A DNA stretch of 64,000 nucleotides from Felis catus (taxonomy: Eukaryota). The position numbers were made by a program, and so were the translations under genes. Below the pieces are notes generated by a model that had not been told where the DNA came from, did not search any database, and saw nothing but the letters and a program-made list of their open reading frames with translations. Positions within the stretch are counted from its first letter, which is position 1, and each line of letters starts with the position of its first letter. Shown piece after piece: positions 52,947 through 64,000 of the stretch. Where the stretch lies: positions 76,386,001 to 76,450,000 of the forward strand of contig NC_058368.1 in NCBI RefSeq assembly GCF_018350175.1, written 5' to 3'.

Positions 52947-53112
52947 GGGGATGCCTGGGTGGTTCAGTCAGTTAAGCGTCCAACTCGAGCTCAGGTCATG
53001 ATCTCATGGTTTGTGAGCTCGAGCCCCACATTGGGCTCTGTGCTGACAATGCGGAGCCTGCTTGGGATTCTATCCCCCTGCCCACTCTCTCTCTCTCAAA
53101 ATTAATAAACTT
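52947..53112 (+). mobile_element. CanSINE
   Basis: ggggatgcctgggtggttcagtcagttaagcg head; the tail has been converted into a pentanucleotide repeat. Confidence 0.94.
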
Positions 53113-53230
53113 GAAAGGAAAGGAAAGGAAAGGAAAGGAAAGGAAAGGAAAGGAAAGGAAAGGAAAGGAAAGGAAAGGAAAGGAAAGGAAAGGAAAGGAA
53201 AGGAAAGGAAAGGAAAGGAAGAAAAGAAAA
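53113..53230. repeat. (GAAAG)n pentanucleotide microsatellite, about 21 perfect units
   Basis: Directly visible. Confidence 0.97.
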
Positions 53231-56200
53231 TTCTGTTCTCTTGGCCTCTCTCATCAACATTCTCAAAAGGTCCTCTACTATTCTATGAACTATTTCTCAG
53301 TTTCCTGACACCAACTTCCTAAATTCTGGAGACCCTTAGAGATAAATCTTAGGGCTCCCTTTTCTGCTTACTTTTTAGTCTCTCAAAGAACTCCCATCCA
53401 GCCCCACTGTGCGTTAGAACACTGAACACTCCACATAATAACCATGCCCTGCCTCGTGGCTAAAAGTGTCTTCTATGTACCCTAGACTCTACTTCTATCC
53501 CTAGCTTAGAATCATTTTTTGAGCTCATTTGATATCTCATTTAGGGTATTTGTGATTACCTCAAGCTTAACATACCTGAAACCAGTCTCTGGGGCCACAA
53601 CCTTGTCATCCATATCTTCCACTTTTTGACCTATTTCTTTACATCTGATTGCTCGTACTGAGAACTCCAATGGTCACCTTGATACCTGGTGACCTTTGGA
53701 AAGAAAGGTCTTTCCTTTCCACCCTACGTCCAGCTTCATACACAGAGCTGTTCCTTCCAATTGAACAATCTCGCTCCGTTCTCTCCAACTCTTTCCACGC
53801 CTTCTCTAACCCCACTTTGGCCGGCACCTAGTCTAACCTCTGTACTGGAATACCAGCCTCTCCACTTGACAGTCTATATTCTTCTCACAGCAATTTACTA
53901 ATCTCCTAAAAAGGGGGGCTTGGAACATGTCAATCTCTGAATCGAACATAAACTTGTCATGTGATTCCCCTTCCCCGTAGCCTTGGGTCTGCAGTTACTG
54001 AAGAGGTTAAGCTTCTTCCTGGTCCAGACCCTTCACCAATGTCATGCTTTCTTCCTGGAATGTCCTACATCTCCTTTCTGCTTCATCGGGCTCCCACCAA
54101 AGACGCAGTTCTCCATTTAAATGCCATTGCTCAGTGAGGTCGTCCCTGACCCTCCAAGATTAGCTCGTTTACCCACATGCCTTTGTTATATATATATATA
54201 TATATTCTCATCTTTCCTGAAATTTATGATAGTTGACATTTTTATGTCTGTCTGTGAAATTACATATCAACATTTGGCTCCCCTACTTAGTAATGTGAAG
54301 GGACAGGCTGCCTCTGTCTTCTTTATCAATGGAGACCTGGCACCTTTCTAACTCTAGGCAGTTGCCTGATAGCATTTGGTTGAGCAGAGAGATTAACCCA
54401 AGAAACCTACCCTGTCATGCAAGATACCCTACTTAGGGGACAGAAACAAATACTGGACTCTCCCTGCCCCCAAGGAGACTGAATAGGAATTGATGTGAGA
54501 CAAACAAATGGAACTTGAAAGTAGAAATCTTTAGTTGAGTAGATTTGCTCAAGGTAGTACCTAAAAACATCAACTGTTCGACCTTATTCTGTAATAAAGG
54601 GAGAAGAGTTTGGTCCAAAGTAAGCAGACATGGGGGCAGGACTCCCCTACTGAAAAGAGGGCCAAGAACAGAAAGGGCAGGATGATACTCCCAAGTGCCG
54701 ACAATAATGGTTTGAGGAGTTTCCTCTCCTGCGTTCTCCCTCCCCCGTGGTTTCTGATTCCTACATATGACACTCAGGAAAGACACTGAGTGGATGCCTG
54801 AGTGTCTATTATGTTCAAGGCAAGAAATAATACTAATAATTCATAGCTCCTGCCCTTATGCAATTTAAAATCCAGTAAGAAGTGGGGCAGGCACATAAGT
54901 AATGATATCATAAGTTAATGTCAGGTATGTTGCTATTATAGTTGACAGCCTAGGCAGTGTGATGCCTTTATTCAATGTAAAATGTGTTCAACGCTGTAAG
55001 AATGGTATAGCCAAATTACTATAGAAGCATATTACAGGGAATCCTTATACTTAAATTGTAAAAACAAAGTAATATTTAAGAAGATACGTAAAAGCAGTCC
55101 AAACCGTTCAACAAGGCTCTGGTTAGATCCTAACGAGGAGGATATTCCCGAAGCTAGAGATGTATTTTCATTGAAACCACATGACATTTAGTCATCTCCC
55201 TGGATAGTTAAGCTGGGCAATGTTTGTTTAAAGACAGAGCCTCTGCTCTGAAACAGCTGGCCTGCCGTGGAAGGTGCTGACACAAAGCGTCTCTTAGGAC
55301 GGGAGACCTGGACATCGGCCGCCTTCTTGCTGCCACGTCCAGGATCAGTTGACATCCTCCATGGACCCCTTTCCAATCCAAAACGTAACTTTGTTACGGT
55401 ATAGCAGTAAACAAAACATAGCTTTGTTTACTGGTGTAAGCCCCTAAAACCAGACTCTTTTATGATAATCCAAAAATATGTTAGATGCAGGCTTAAGCTG
55501 ACAACATGAATATAATTCTTACGTCCTCAACACATGTGTCCACATTCTTACAAAAAAAAAAAACTCCAATGAAACCTATTTCTGGGCTCTGCTACAATAC
55601 TTATAGTATTTCATTTCAACTTGCCCTGAGATCAGAATGGCACGCAGATGAAGTAATACAAGTGAGAAATAAAACATACTTGTTGTCCAACTCCTTTTGC
55701 TTAACAATTGAAACTAATCTCTTTAATCTTACATTCATTTGGAAGGGCACAGAAAGGGAAGGGGAGAGGAATGTTTACTGCATATGTTTAATGGACCCGT
55801 TACTATATTCAGAAATCATGTATTTTCTTGTTCAATTAGCCCGTCACGGCAAGGTACAAATCTGCATCCATATTTGAGATACAGAAACTAAGGCTCAAAG
55901 AAGGTAAAGGCGTAAAAACTGTCACCGTAGCAGCGAGCACAGCCATGCATGCTCATTAACATGGTGTCCCAAAGACAGCAACGTGTAGACTCCTATGACC
56001 TCAGACTTTTTACGTAAGGAACATAAATAGACTCACCATCATTCTCTACTCTTTGAACCCTCTTAAAATATTCAAATTGCAAAGTGTGTTCACGTTTTTT
56101 TAAAAAAATGCAACAGCTGTAATAATAAGTCAGCCCAATTTATTTAAAAAAAAAAAAAAAAGGAAAAGAGGAAAAAAATGCATCCTATAACCCAGAAGAG

Positions 56201-56981
56201 CAAGTTCAAGGCAGAGCTATGTCTGACAGTTCCACTGCAGGTTAACAGGGACAGCTGTGTTCCACGTAAATTTGCTGACCCTCATGAACTTTCCATCAAC
56301 AAGATTTTCTCATCCTCCCATTATTGCTGTCCAACAATTAATCAACAGCTGTTGAAACATTATAAGCATGCTTGTAATTTGGGGTAAAATTAATGATTGC
56401 CTATCTATTAAAATGCTGAGGGAGGCTTCGTTTCCCAGCCCCAGTGTGAACTTGCTGATTTATTCTTCAAATCAATTACCCTCCTGAACTCCCTTGCCTT
56501 CTGACGGTTGGCTAAGAGCATCCCACACCCTACACGTCTAAGCGAGCTTGCGATATATGTAAGAATGGGGAGGCTTGGCCGGCTGTGGGAGTCTATAGAA
56601 CACAAATACACTAGCAAAACAAAAGGTAAGTGTAGTTAGGAAAAATAGGATTTTGTTTTATTGTGCCTTACAGTCATCTGGAGGTCAATTTCTGGGAAGA
56701 ACAGCAGTATCAGAACAGTTATCACGAACCCTGTAAATCAACGACTCAAACAGTAGTACCAAGTTTTATATAAAAATAAAGCTAATGGAACCAGTTTGAA
56801 TGGATTCACTCTCCTTGCTGGCTAGTATTTGCAAAGTGTTTCATGATTTACTTAAGATCTCGACCTGTTAACCTAGGACATAAACACTTCACTTCAGTAA
56901 AGTGGATGGCTCGTCAGCGGTGGTGGTCTAGATTCAGGCAGGCTAAGCATCAGGATTTTGATGGCAAAGAGTCTTCTTGAC

Positions 56982-57170
56982 TTTTTTTTTTTTTTTGAGA
57001 AAGAGAGACAGAACATGAGCAGGGGAGGGGAAGAGAGAGGGACAGAGAGAATCCAAAGCAGACTCCGTGCTGTCAGCGCAGTGCCCAACGTGGGGCTCTA
57101 CCCCACAAACCATGAGACACGACCCAAGCTGAAGTTGAAAGCTCAGCCAACTGACCCACTCAGGCACCCC
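56982..57170 (-). mobile_element. CanSINE
   Basis: Poly-T tail and antisense body ending caggcacccc, followed by an expanded C run. Confidence 0.92.
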
Positions 57171-58851
57171 CCCCCCCGCCCCGGTGAGCTACAGTCTTGA
57201 CCTGGTTCTCGCTCACCCACTGGGTCAGGAAGAGAAAACCCTATGCTCTGCTCCTTCAGGCTCATTTTTGGAATGGGCTGGACTATTTCAATTATTAGTT
57301 TGGGTTGCCTTTTGATAGTCATGACCCATGAGAGTCATCAAGGAATAAAATAATTCGCTTTAGTTCAGAAAAACATGAGCGGGGCGTAGAGACAGATGTG
57401 GCTCGCTACTATTCCGTCTACACTACTCTCTACAACACCCACTGCCCTGCTACTACTTGTTATTAAGTCAGGCAAATAGTAGCTAGTCAAGCCATCACAT
57501 CTCCAGCCTAATAACTCACAAGCATACACGCGCTTCAAGTCCCTTACGCAGACAACTACCCGTAAGACAACTCTAAGTGAAACTACCGTTCAGACGAGTT
57601 TCAGCTCCATTGCCCACTGAAGCCAATACAAAGGTCATTTACCTGTTTGTGTTTTTCAGATTACATATAGGAAAGGAAAAAAAAAAGATCGGAATATTCT
57701 TGCAAAGCTAGAAACACATAAAGCTAGGAAACACATAATTTGGGGTGAGCAGATTTTTAATTATATAACACATTGCACATTTCCATCTTCTTCTGTCTGT
57801 ATGAAATGCTTCGGTTCTCAATTCAGCCCGTCTTTGTTTTCCCTCAAAGTACAACAAAATATTTTCCTCTTCCACGAGGAAGCAATATTTTTCTATAAAC
57901 TACCTCTAATATATTAGTAATAGTGGTGTGCCACTTCAAACAAATTACAAACTAATGTTAGTGTTCTTACCAATGGCACACCAAATAATAACTCCCTGCA
58001 GGCCAATTTGCATACAAAATGTAGCATTTAAAGCCAACTTACAATTAGCACTTTATTACGGAACCCGGTGATTGTAATATACTGCAGACGACTTATACCT
58101 GCTATGAGGATTTTCCTTTATGAAAAATTACACTATTAGAATTGTCATTACAACAGACCAACCTGCATTCAATTACCAACCAACTCAAAGACCAAGAGTC
58201 ATTGTTTATCCTCAAGGAGCGAGAAAAGCCAGAGCATTGGACCCCCTCCGACGTGACAGTGGAAAGGAAACAAGATGGATGGCTGAGCGATCTTGTAATT
58301 ACAAATATCGTGACATCACGCCCTGTGCACACCTCCCAATAAAGTTCCATGCCAAAAGAAGCAAGCATAGAAGAAGGTGGGTAGCTGCAATCAAAAAGGG
58401 AAAGTCGGAAATACTACTTGCCTTTCAAAGTGCAGGATTTACTAATGAATCATGTGGGGTACGGTGGGTTTCTTCACAAGAATTTACAAAATTAGATAAT
58501 AGCGTCACCAGTTCCGCTACGTACATTACTGTTTGAAACCTGAAGTCATATAGTGTGAGCATGTGGGTATACGGGGGGAGAGGGCGGGGGTGTGGGTATC
58601 AGTCCTCACCAGGACTGATTTTTTTCTTACTGCTCTTCCAAAATGTCTACATTCGGCTTGTGAAAATCTAGTCTACGTTTTAAGTGAAACACTGGTTCTT
58701 AGTGGCAACTCCCAAATTCTTCACTCTGAAGAGAACCCGAGTTCTCCCATGGTCTGAGTGTCTGCCTCTCACGAAAGATGCTCGTTGCCTAAAATTGTCT
58801 TTCTACCCTTCAGGTTAACTTCAGGTTATTTTCTATGTTCCGCCTCAGTAT

Positions 58852-58852
58852 A

Positions 58853-58917
<65 letters not shown>
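58852..58917. repeat. (A)n(TA)n compound simple repeat
   Basis: Directly visible. Confidence 0.96.
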
Positions 58918-58921
<4 letters not shown>

Positions 58922-61086
58922 AAAATAAACTGAAGTTGAACACGTTTACATTCATGGTTTCGTTTATACAATAAAGTAATAGAGCAGCCTGATTTATTAA
59001 GATATTCCAAACACCGAGAAACGCCAGAGATGGTCACATGAACGCACGCACGCATATGTCTGATGTGCACACACACATACAGCCGCACGCACTCGCCTTT
59101 CACTTGAATGAGTCTTGAAGACAGTGCACGTGCAAACCCAAATCCCACTTAACAATGATCTCAGAGTCTTTAAGCATCTATTAACAATCAAAGTTCCATT
59201 CTTCTCATTCCTCGTTTCAGCTTGCTGTTTTTGTGCACTACGAATGATATAGTCCCCCAATCTTTTGCATTCTTCCCTTGGCGTAATTTTTCCCCCATCG
59301 CAGATATTAGTCAGAGTACAGGACTAAGTGGTGGGGGGTGGGGGTGGGGGGAGATACCCTGCATGGCAGGTTCTATAAATACTGGAGCTAAATTCCGTTC
59401 TGGGATAAAGCAACAAGAGTTACAGCTGCCATCAGCGACGGAGACGGAGGCTGTGCGCGAGAGAAGACATTCCCCGGTCATATTTTTATAGGGACTAGAA
59501 GACTACAAAGTAATTGAAATTATAGCTTCCCGGGAAGCAGGGTTAGCACTGACTTTAAAGCATGTTCGCTGCTTTCCCGCTGGTTTGGGTCATGACCTTA
59601 GGCAAGTCATTGAACTGCTTGGTGACTCAACTTCTCAGATGCTAAATTGGCAGAAACCCCCATCTGACATCTCCCTATTGGCAACACAATGAATATTCCA
59701 GAGGCAGTATGGGTAAAGGCAGGCTGGATTCCAGAGTCAGGAGAATGCCATTCCCGTCCAATGTTAGCACGCACTCCTTAGGAGGGAGTAGAGAGGTGCC
59801 AGTCTGTCTATCATGCCTTAAGAACTAAGGAGCATTTAACTCCCCAGGCTACAAGAAGCATTGGAATGTTTATTAACATAAATCCTGTGTCGCATCGATT
59901 GTTAGTTAGTACGCCTTCTTGTGCAGCGTGATATTAGCGTCTACTCCAATGATCTCAGAGTTGATATCCGTCCACAAGCAAACAGGTCAGTCCTCAGTCG
60001 GTGAAATACTATTAAAACCACGAAAATACTATTGAAATGTAAAACATATTTTGATGGAGATCTCCACAAAACGTAAATAAATTCGAGCCTTTCATTAAGG
60101 AGATTTCTTTTCCTTATTTTCTTGTGCCTGCTCCCTCCGATAGAACGAGGAGAAAACGTGTCAGCACCCAGCTCACTGTAACGTCTGTTGGTGCTGAGCT
60201 AAAAGACTGGTGGCCAAATTACCTTACTCTCCTCTGGGCTTCCTGGTTTCCCCGGAGTGAGATCCTAAGAGGCCCGTGAGACGATGCCCTCCTCACACCC
60301 AGGCTACGATTTCTTTTGACATAACTAGAAAAGTAGACAGAGGCTCTGGACAAGACGGAGGGTTTTCGACTGACTATCACAGGCAGTCCTCAAACATACA
60401 GTTCTGGTTTGTTACTGGGTGGGTGTTCGTTGTTTGTTTTTGACTCCTTAAGGAACCCCAAGGAACAAACTGCAGGGCAAGTATCTACCGTGGGTTATCT
60501 TACTCCAAGAACAATTTGGAAGCAACTGTCAGCGTTATTGTCACGAAGATAAATGCCAGACTAAAAAGTATTGAACAAAACAAGGAGTCTCTGGCGTCTA
60601 GCACAGTGCCTGGCCCACGTGTGAATGAATAAGCACGCTTGTGAGAAGCCAAGGTCAAGGACGCCATCCATGCCACGTCACCTTTACTGGTAGTGAAGGG
60701 GCCTCCCGAAACCTGGGAGAAACTCGACGCTTGATGGCTGGTCCATGATGACTTGCTTGAAGTTCCAATTTTGATTTAAGTCATTTCATGTTTGAGGTAA
60801 GTCGGTTCTCTTCCCTAACACCACTCGTCACTGAAAGGCCAATGGAGAGGAGGAGACAGGGTCTTTTTCCTTCAAGTTCTAACCTCTAGTTAGTGCAGAA
60901 ATCAAGGACGTGACAAGGCATATGGTCAGTAAATGCGCACGTGACACAAAAGGCCATTAACTGTGCCCCGAGGCTAAAAAACTAAGGGCTAAATGGGAGG
61001 AGAAGCATCTCTGAGAAAGAGTGGAAGCGTTTAAATATTGCTGACATTTTAAAAAATGACTAACAGTTAAAACATAGATGGATTTA

Positions 61087-61286
61087 GGGGGCACCTGGGT
61101 GGCTCAGTGGATTGAGTGTCCGACTCTTGATTTCGACTCAGGTCATGACCTTGTGGCTCGCGAGTTCGAGCCCTGTGTCAGGTTCTGCATTGATGGCATG
61201 GAACCTGCATGGGATTCTGTCTCTCCCTCTCTCTCTGTCCCTTTCCCGCTTGCGTGCGCGCTCTCGCTCAAAATAACCTAAAATAA
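61087..61286 (+). mobile_element. CanSINE (older type)
   Basis: TSD aaaacatagatggattta / aaaacacagatggattta. Confidence 0.95.
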
Positions 61287-61719
61287 AAAACACAGATGGA
61301 TTTAACCGGGGAGAATGAGAAATGATAGGCCAGTGAAACAATGCCGACAAATGTCCGTAAAGGACATAAAAGGACAGAGGGTTGCGTGACCTCCGAGGAA
61401 AGAAGAGATGATCTCCCAGGCTATGATGTAATGGGCATGGTGGGATGTAGAACTCCCCTGAAGCTTCTAGTTGGGCTGGCCAGAGGGTCACTGTGCATTT
61501 CTCCAGCTACCTTTCCATTAAAATTACCTAAGAATGCTTCAGCTGGCCTATATGTCACATTCTTTATTGCTTTGTACGGGTTCGCAACCAACTAAAACCT
61601 GCGCATACTTTTAGCAACTCTTGTGCATCGCGGTCCCACGTAGATTTTTGTAAATTATTTTATTTTAACCTGATACAAAGTCTGACACTGCTGTTACATT
61701 CTTGTTGTCCTGGGGATTG

Positions 61720-62400
61720 GCTTAATTTGTCAAAACTTTCTTTCGATCCTGACGTTGTCATCCTCGATAACAGCTACTCTCCAGGCTTTGGGCAAGGACA
61801 TAATTTACATGTCTAATCACACTGCACATTTTGAAAGATTCAAAGACAGAGCCTTGTGGCATGCCACCAGAGACCTTCATCCAGACAGTGTTCCATCTAT
61901 GATATTTTTACATATTGACTGAATGAGCTTTTCATCCCCATAACTCTCCGGTTACCCAGTCTTCATCTCTCCAACTTGAATAGCACAAGGTTTCTGAGAT
62001 ACTTTTTGAACAACATTGCTGGAAGTAAAGCTTACACTCTCACTCCCACCCAATAAGTATTTAAGAGTATGTTCTGTGCAGGACTGGGTTTCTCTTAATA
62101 GAAACAAAACTTTTACGGAGTATTTCTGTATTGTTAATTGGGTCATCTGTTGATCTTTTCAACTAACATTTGCCCACATTAGTTCTTCCCGGTAAGCCAG
62201 AATTTCAGAAGAGCCCGTGGCAAGTGGGCGTTGGCATGCACCAACTTACCAGAACCAACTGCACTCATGTCTTTACAACTCTATAGTCACTGATTCTCGT
62301 TGGTAGGCTAGACAGGCTGGCAAGGATATTTACCCTACTAATCAGCCTGTGTGCTATATATTGGGGATTGCGGTCTCTGAGAAAACTTGGTTAAACATTT
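61720..62400 (-). mobile_element. Ancient CR1/L3 LINE remnant (RT region)
   Basis: aagacagagccttgtggcatgccaccagagaccttcatccaga...gagcttttcatcccc...tgagatactttttgaacaacattgctggaagt resembles the antisense CR1 RT segment; highly degenerate. Confidence 0.5.
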
Positions 62401-64000
62401 ACAAACATAAAATCGAGAATTGTTCTAATCATCCTCCAAGATTTTGAGCTTTGGGTGGTTCAGATGCAGATAAAAACAAGTTTTGGATTTAAAAAAAAAG
62501 GGGGGGGGGCGATCCTGTGAATACATGATACATTTGAGGTGATCTCGGGACATCTTTCAGACATTGGGCTCACAGGTGGAAACAAAGGAGTGAAGCATGG
62601 GGAAAACAGGGAAAAGCCAGAGACACCATTTGGGAGCCATCAGTATGTTGGTATCAGTGCAGTCTCAGACGGGCTGAGACTTACGGGAGGGTGTGCGCAA
62701 CAGAGAGAGCACTCGCCAGCATCTTGTGAAGCACCTGTTATCGCAGAGCACACAGAATACATTCAGGCTTGCTTTAGAGGAGAGAGAGAAGCCCAAGATG
62801 CAAGAGGCGCCAATATAAAGCCACTGGTGCATAGATGAAGCACCAGCAGAGGACAAGAGAAGCTGGTCTCAGTGCTGGGAATCAGGCCTGGAAACCATTC
62901 TAATGCGCCTTTAATCCTTGATGGATCCGAGTGCGCAACCTTATTTTCTAGAATGAAAGGGGCTCTTCAAGCAGAATGATGATGTAAAGCATTGTTGCAA
63001 TTTCAGCCTGAAGAACGCATTTATATCAACATGGAATCCAGTCTAATTATCTTTCATCACTTCAGAATCTATTTTAATGTTCTCTAATGTTGGGAATCTG
63101 AAAACAGGTTTTGTTCTTCCCTTCACCCACCTTGGCACAGCCCTGGTTCATTAATCATCACTCATAAACTTGGTGTTTTCTTTTCGATGTAGACCCATTG
63201 GAAGAAAAGGAAGGATAATTAACAATCCTTCCCAATAATGCTTTGCCAGCATTATTGGAATCCCTCTAAAGTGCTACATTGTTCAAATGAGTCAGCTCCA
63301 CCTTTTGGAATTATAGATGCTCTTGATGGGATTTGTTGAGTGAGATTTGTAAATCTCAAGAAAAATTTTACAGCAGTGACAAGTATAAAATATAACGATC
63401 TAAAAAAATAGTAACTTGGAACATACATACTGCTTCCTGTTTTCCAGATATTTATACCTTTTCACCCAAAGCTATAAATCTTGGGCTAATGAATGAGGAT
63501 AAAGATCTACTCCAACTGATTTCTGCAGTCTTCATAGCTCTCCAATACCCCCATTCTGGATTATTGATGTCACAGGAAGTTCCAAGAAGTGTATTAGAAG
63601 CGCGTTTTTTTCTCCTTCTGTGTTTACGTTATTTCCCAAGCTTTCTATGGTGCACATCAGATTTATAATTTTTTTTTAATTAATCTCAAAAAGGGAGAGT
63701 ACTCTTTTTGGTATAGGCTGGAATTTTCATTCATAACCACATTTATATAGGTTTGCTTTGTTTTGTCAAAAATACAGCTAAGAGGAATATTTACATATAA
63801 ATCCCATTAAGAAATGGCGTGTATTCCCTAAAGGACTTGGAGGAGATTTGAAAGTAAGAAATTGTCATTTCATAGGAATTGTTGACAATTTTAAGAGAAT
63901 AGTTAAGTGCAGTATGAATTGGCATAAATACAAACTTTTCATAAATAGAAAGGTCTTCATCAAGACTAGGATAAACCATAGAGCCCCTAAAAACTTGGAG

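Noticed and set aside
53006..53322. KGKER-repeat ORFs
   Set aside because: Translation of a SINE plus the (GAAAG)n microsatellite.
1..64000. Prokaryotic-type systems (CRISPR arrays, operons, defence islands)
   Set aside because: The sequence is clearly mammalian, with no regularly spaced repeat-spacer array and no dense ORF organisation.

Overview
This is mammalian non-coding genomic DNA from a felid (cat family), judged from about 30 tRNA-derived carnivore CanSINEs, several of them young and matching the felid SINEC_Fc type. I find no supportable protein-coding gene. The only ORFs I recognise are fragments of a 5'-truncated L1 ORF2 (1-1308, minus strand); the others come from SINEs, microsatellites, the CpG island or chance. 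The rest of the window holds old repeats (L1M, MIR, CR1/L3, MLT1/MLT2 LTRs, MER20), microsatellites and several repeat-poor blocks that look regulatory. The clearest unusual feature is a 3'-truncated, tailless 5S rRNA retrocopy (21739-21820, minus strand) lying antisense inside the CT-rich linker of a CanSINE. Other notable signals are a CpG island with no visible coding gene (about 16380-16910, with TCF/LEF, ETS, GC-box and E-box motifs), a cluster of three NF-kB consensus sites near 1.6-3.0 kb, and a closely spaced inverted pair of young SINEs. There are also hints (splice acceptor, repeat orientation bias) of a long minus-strand non-coding transcript. Repeat family names and boundaries are assigned by eye and are approximate. 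I see no convincing evidence of a wholly new biological system.
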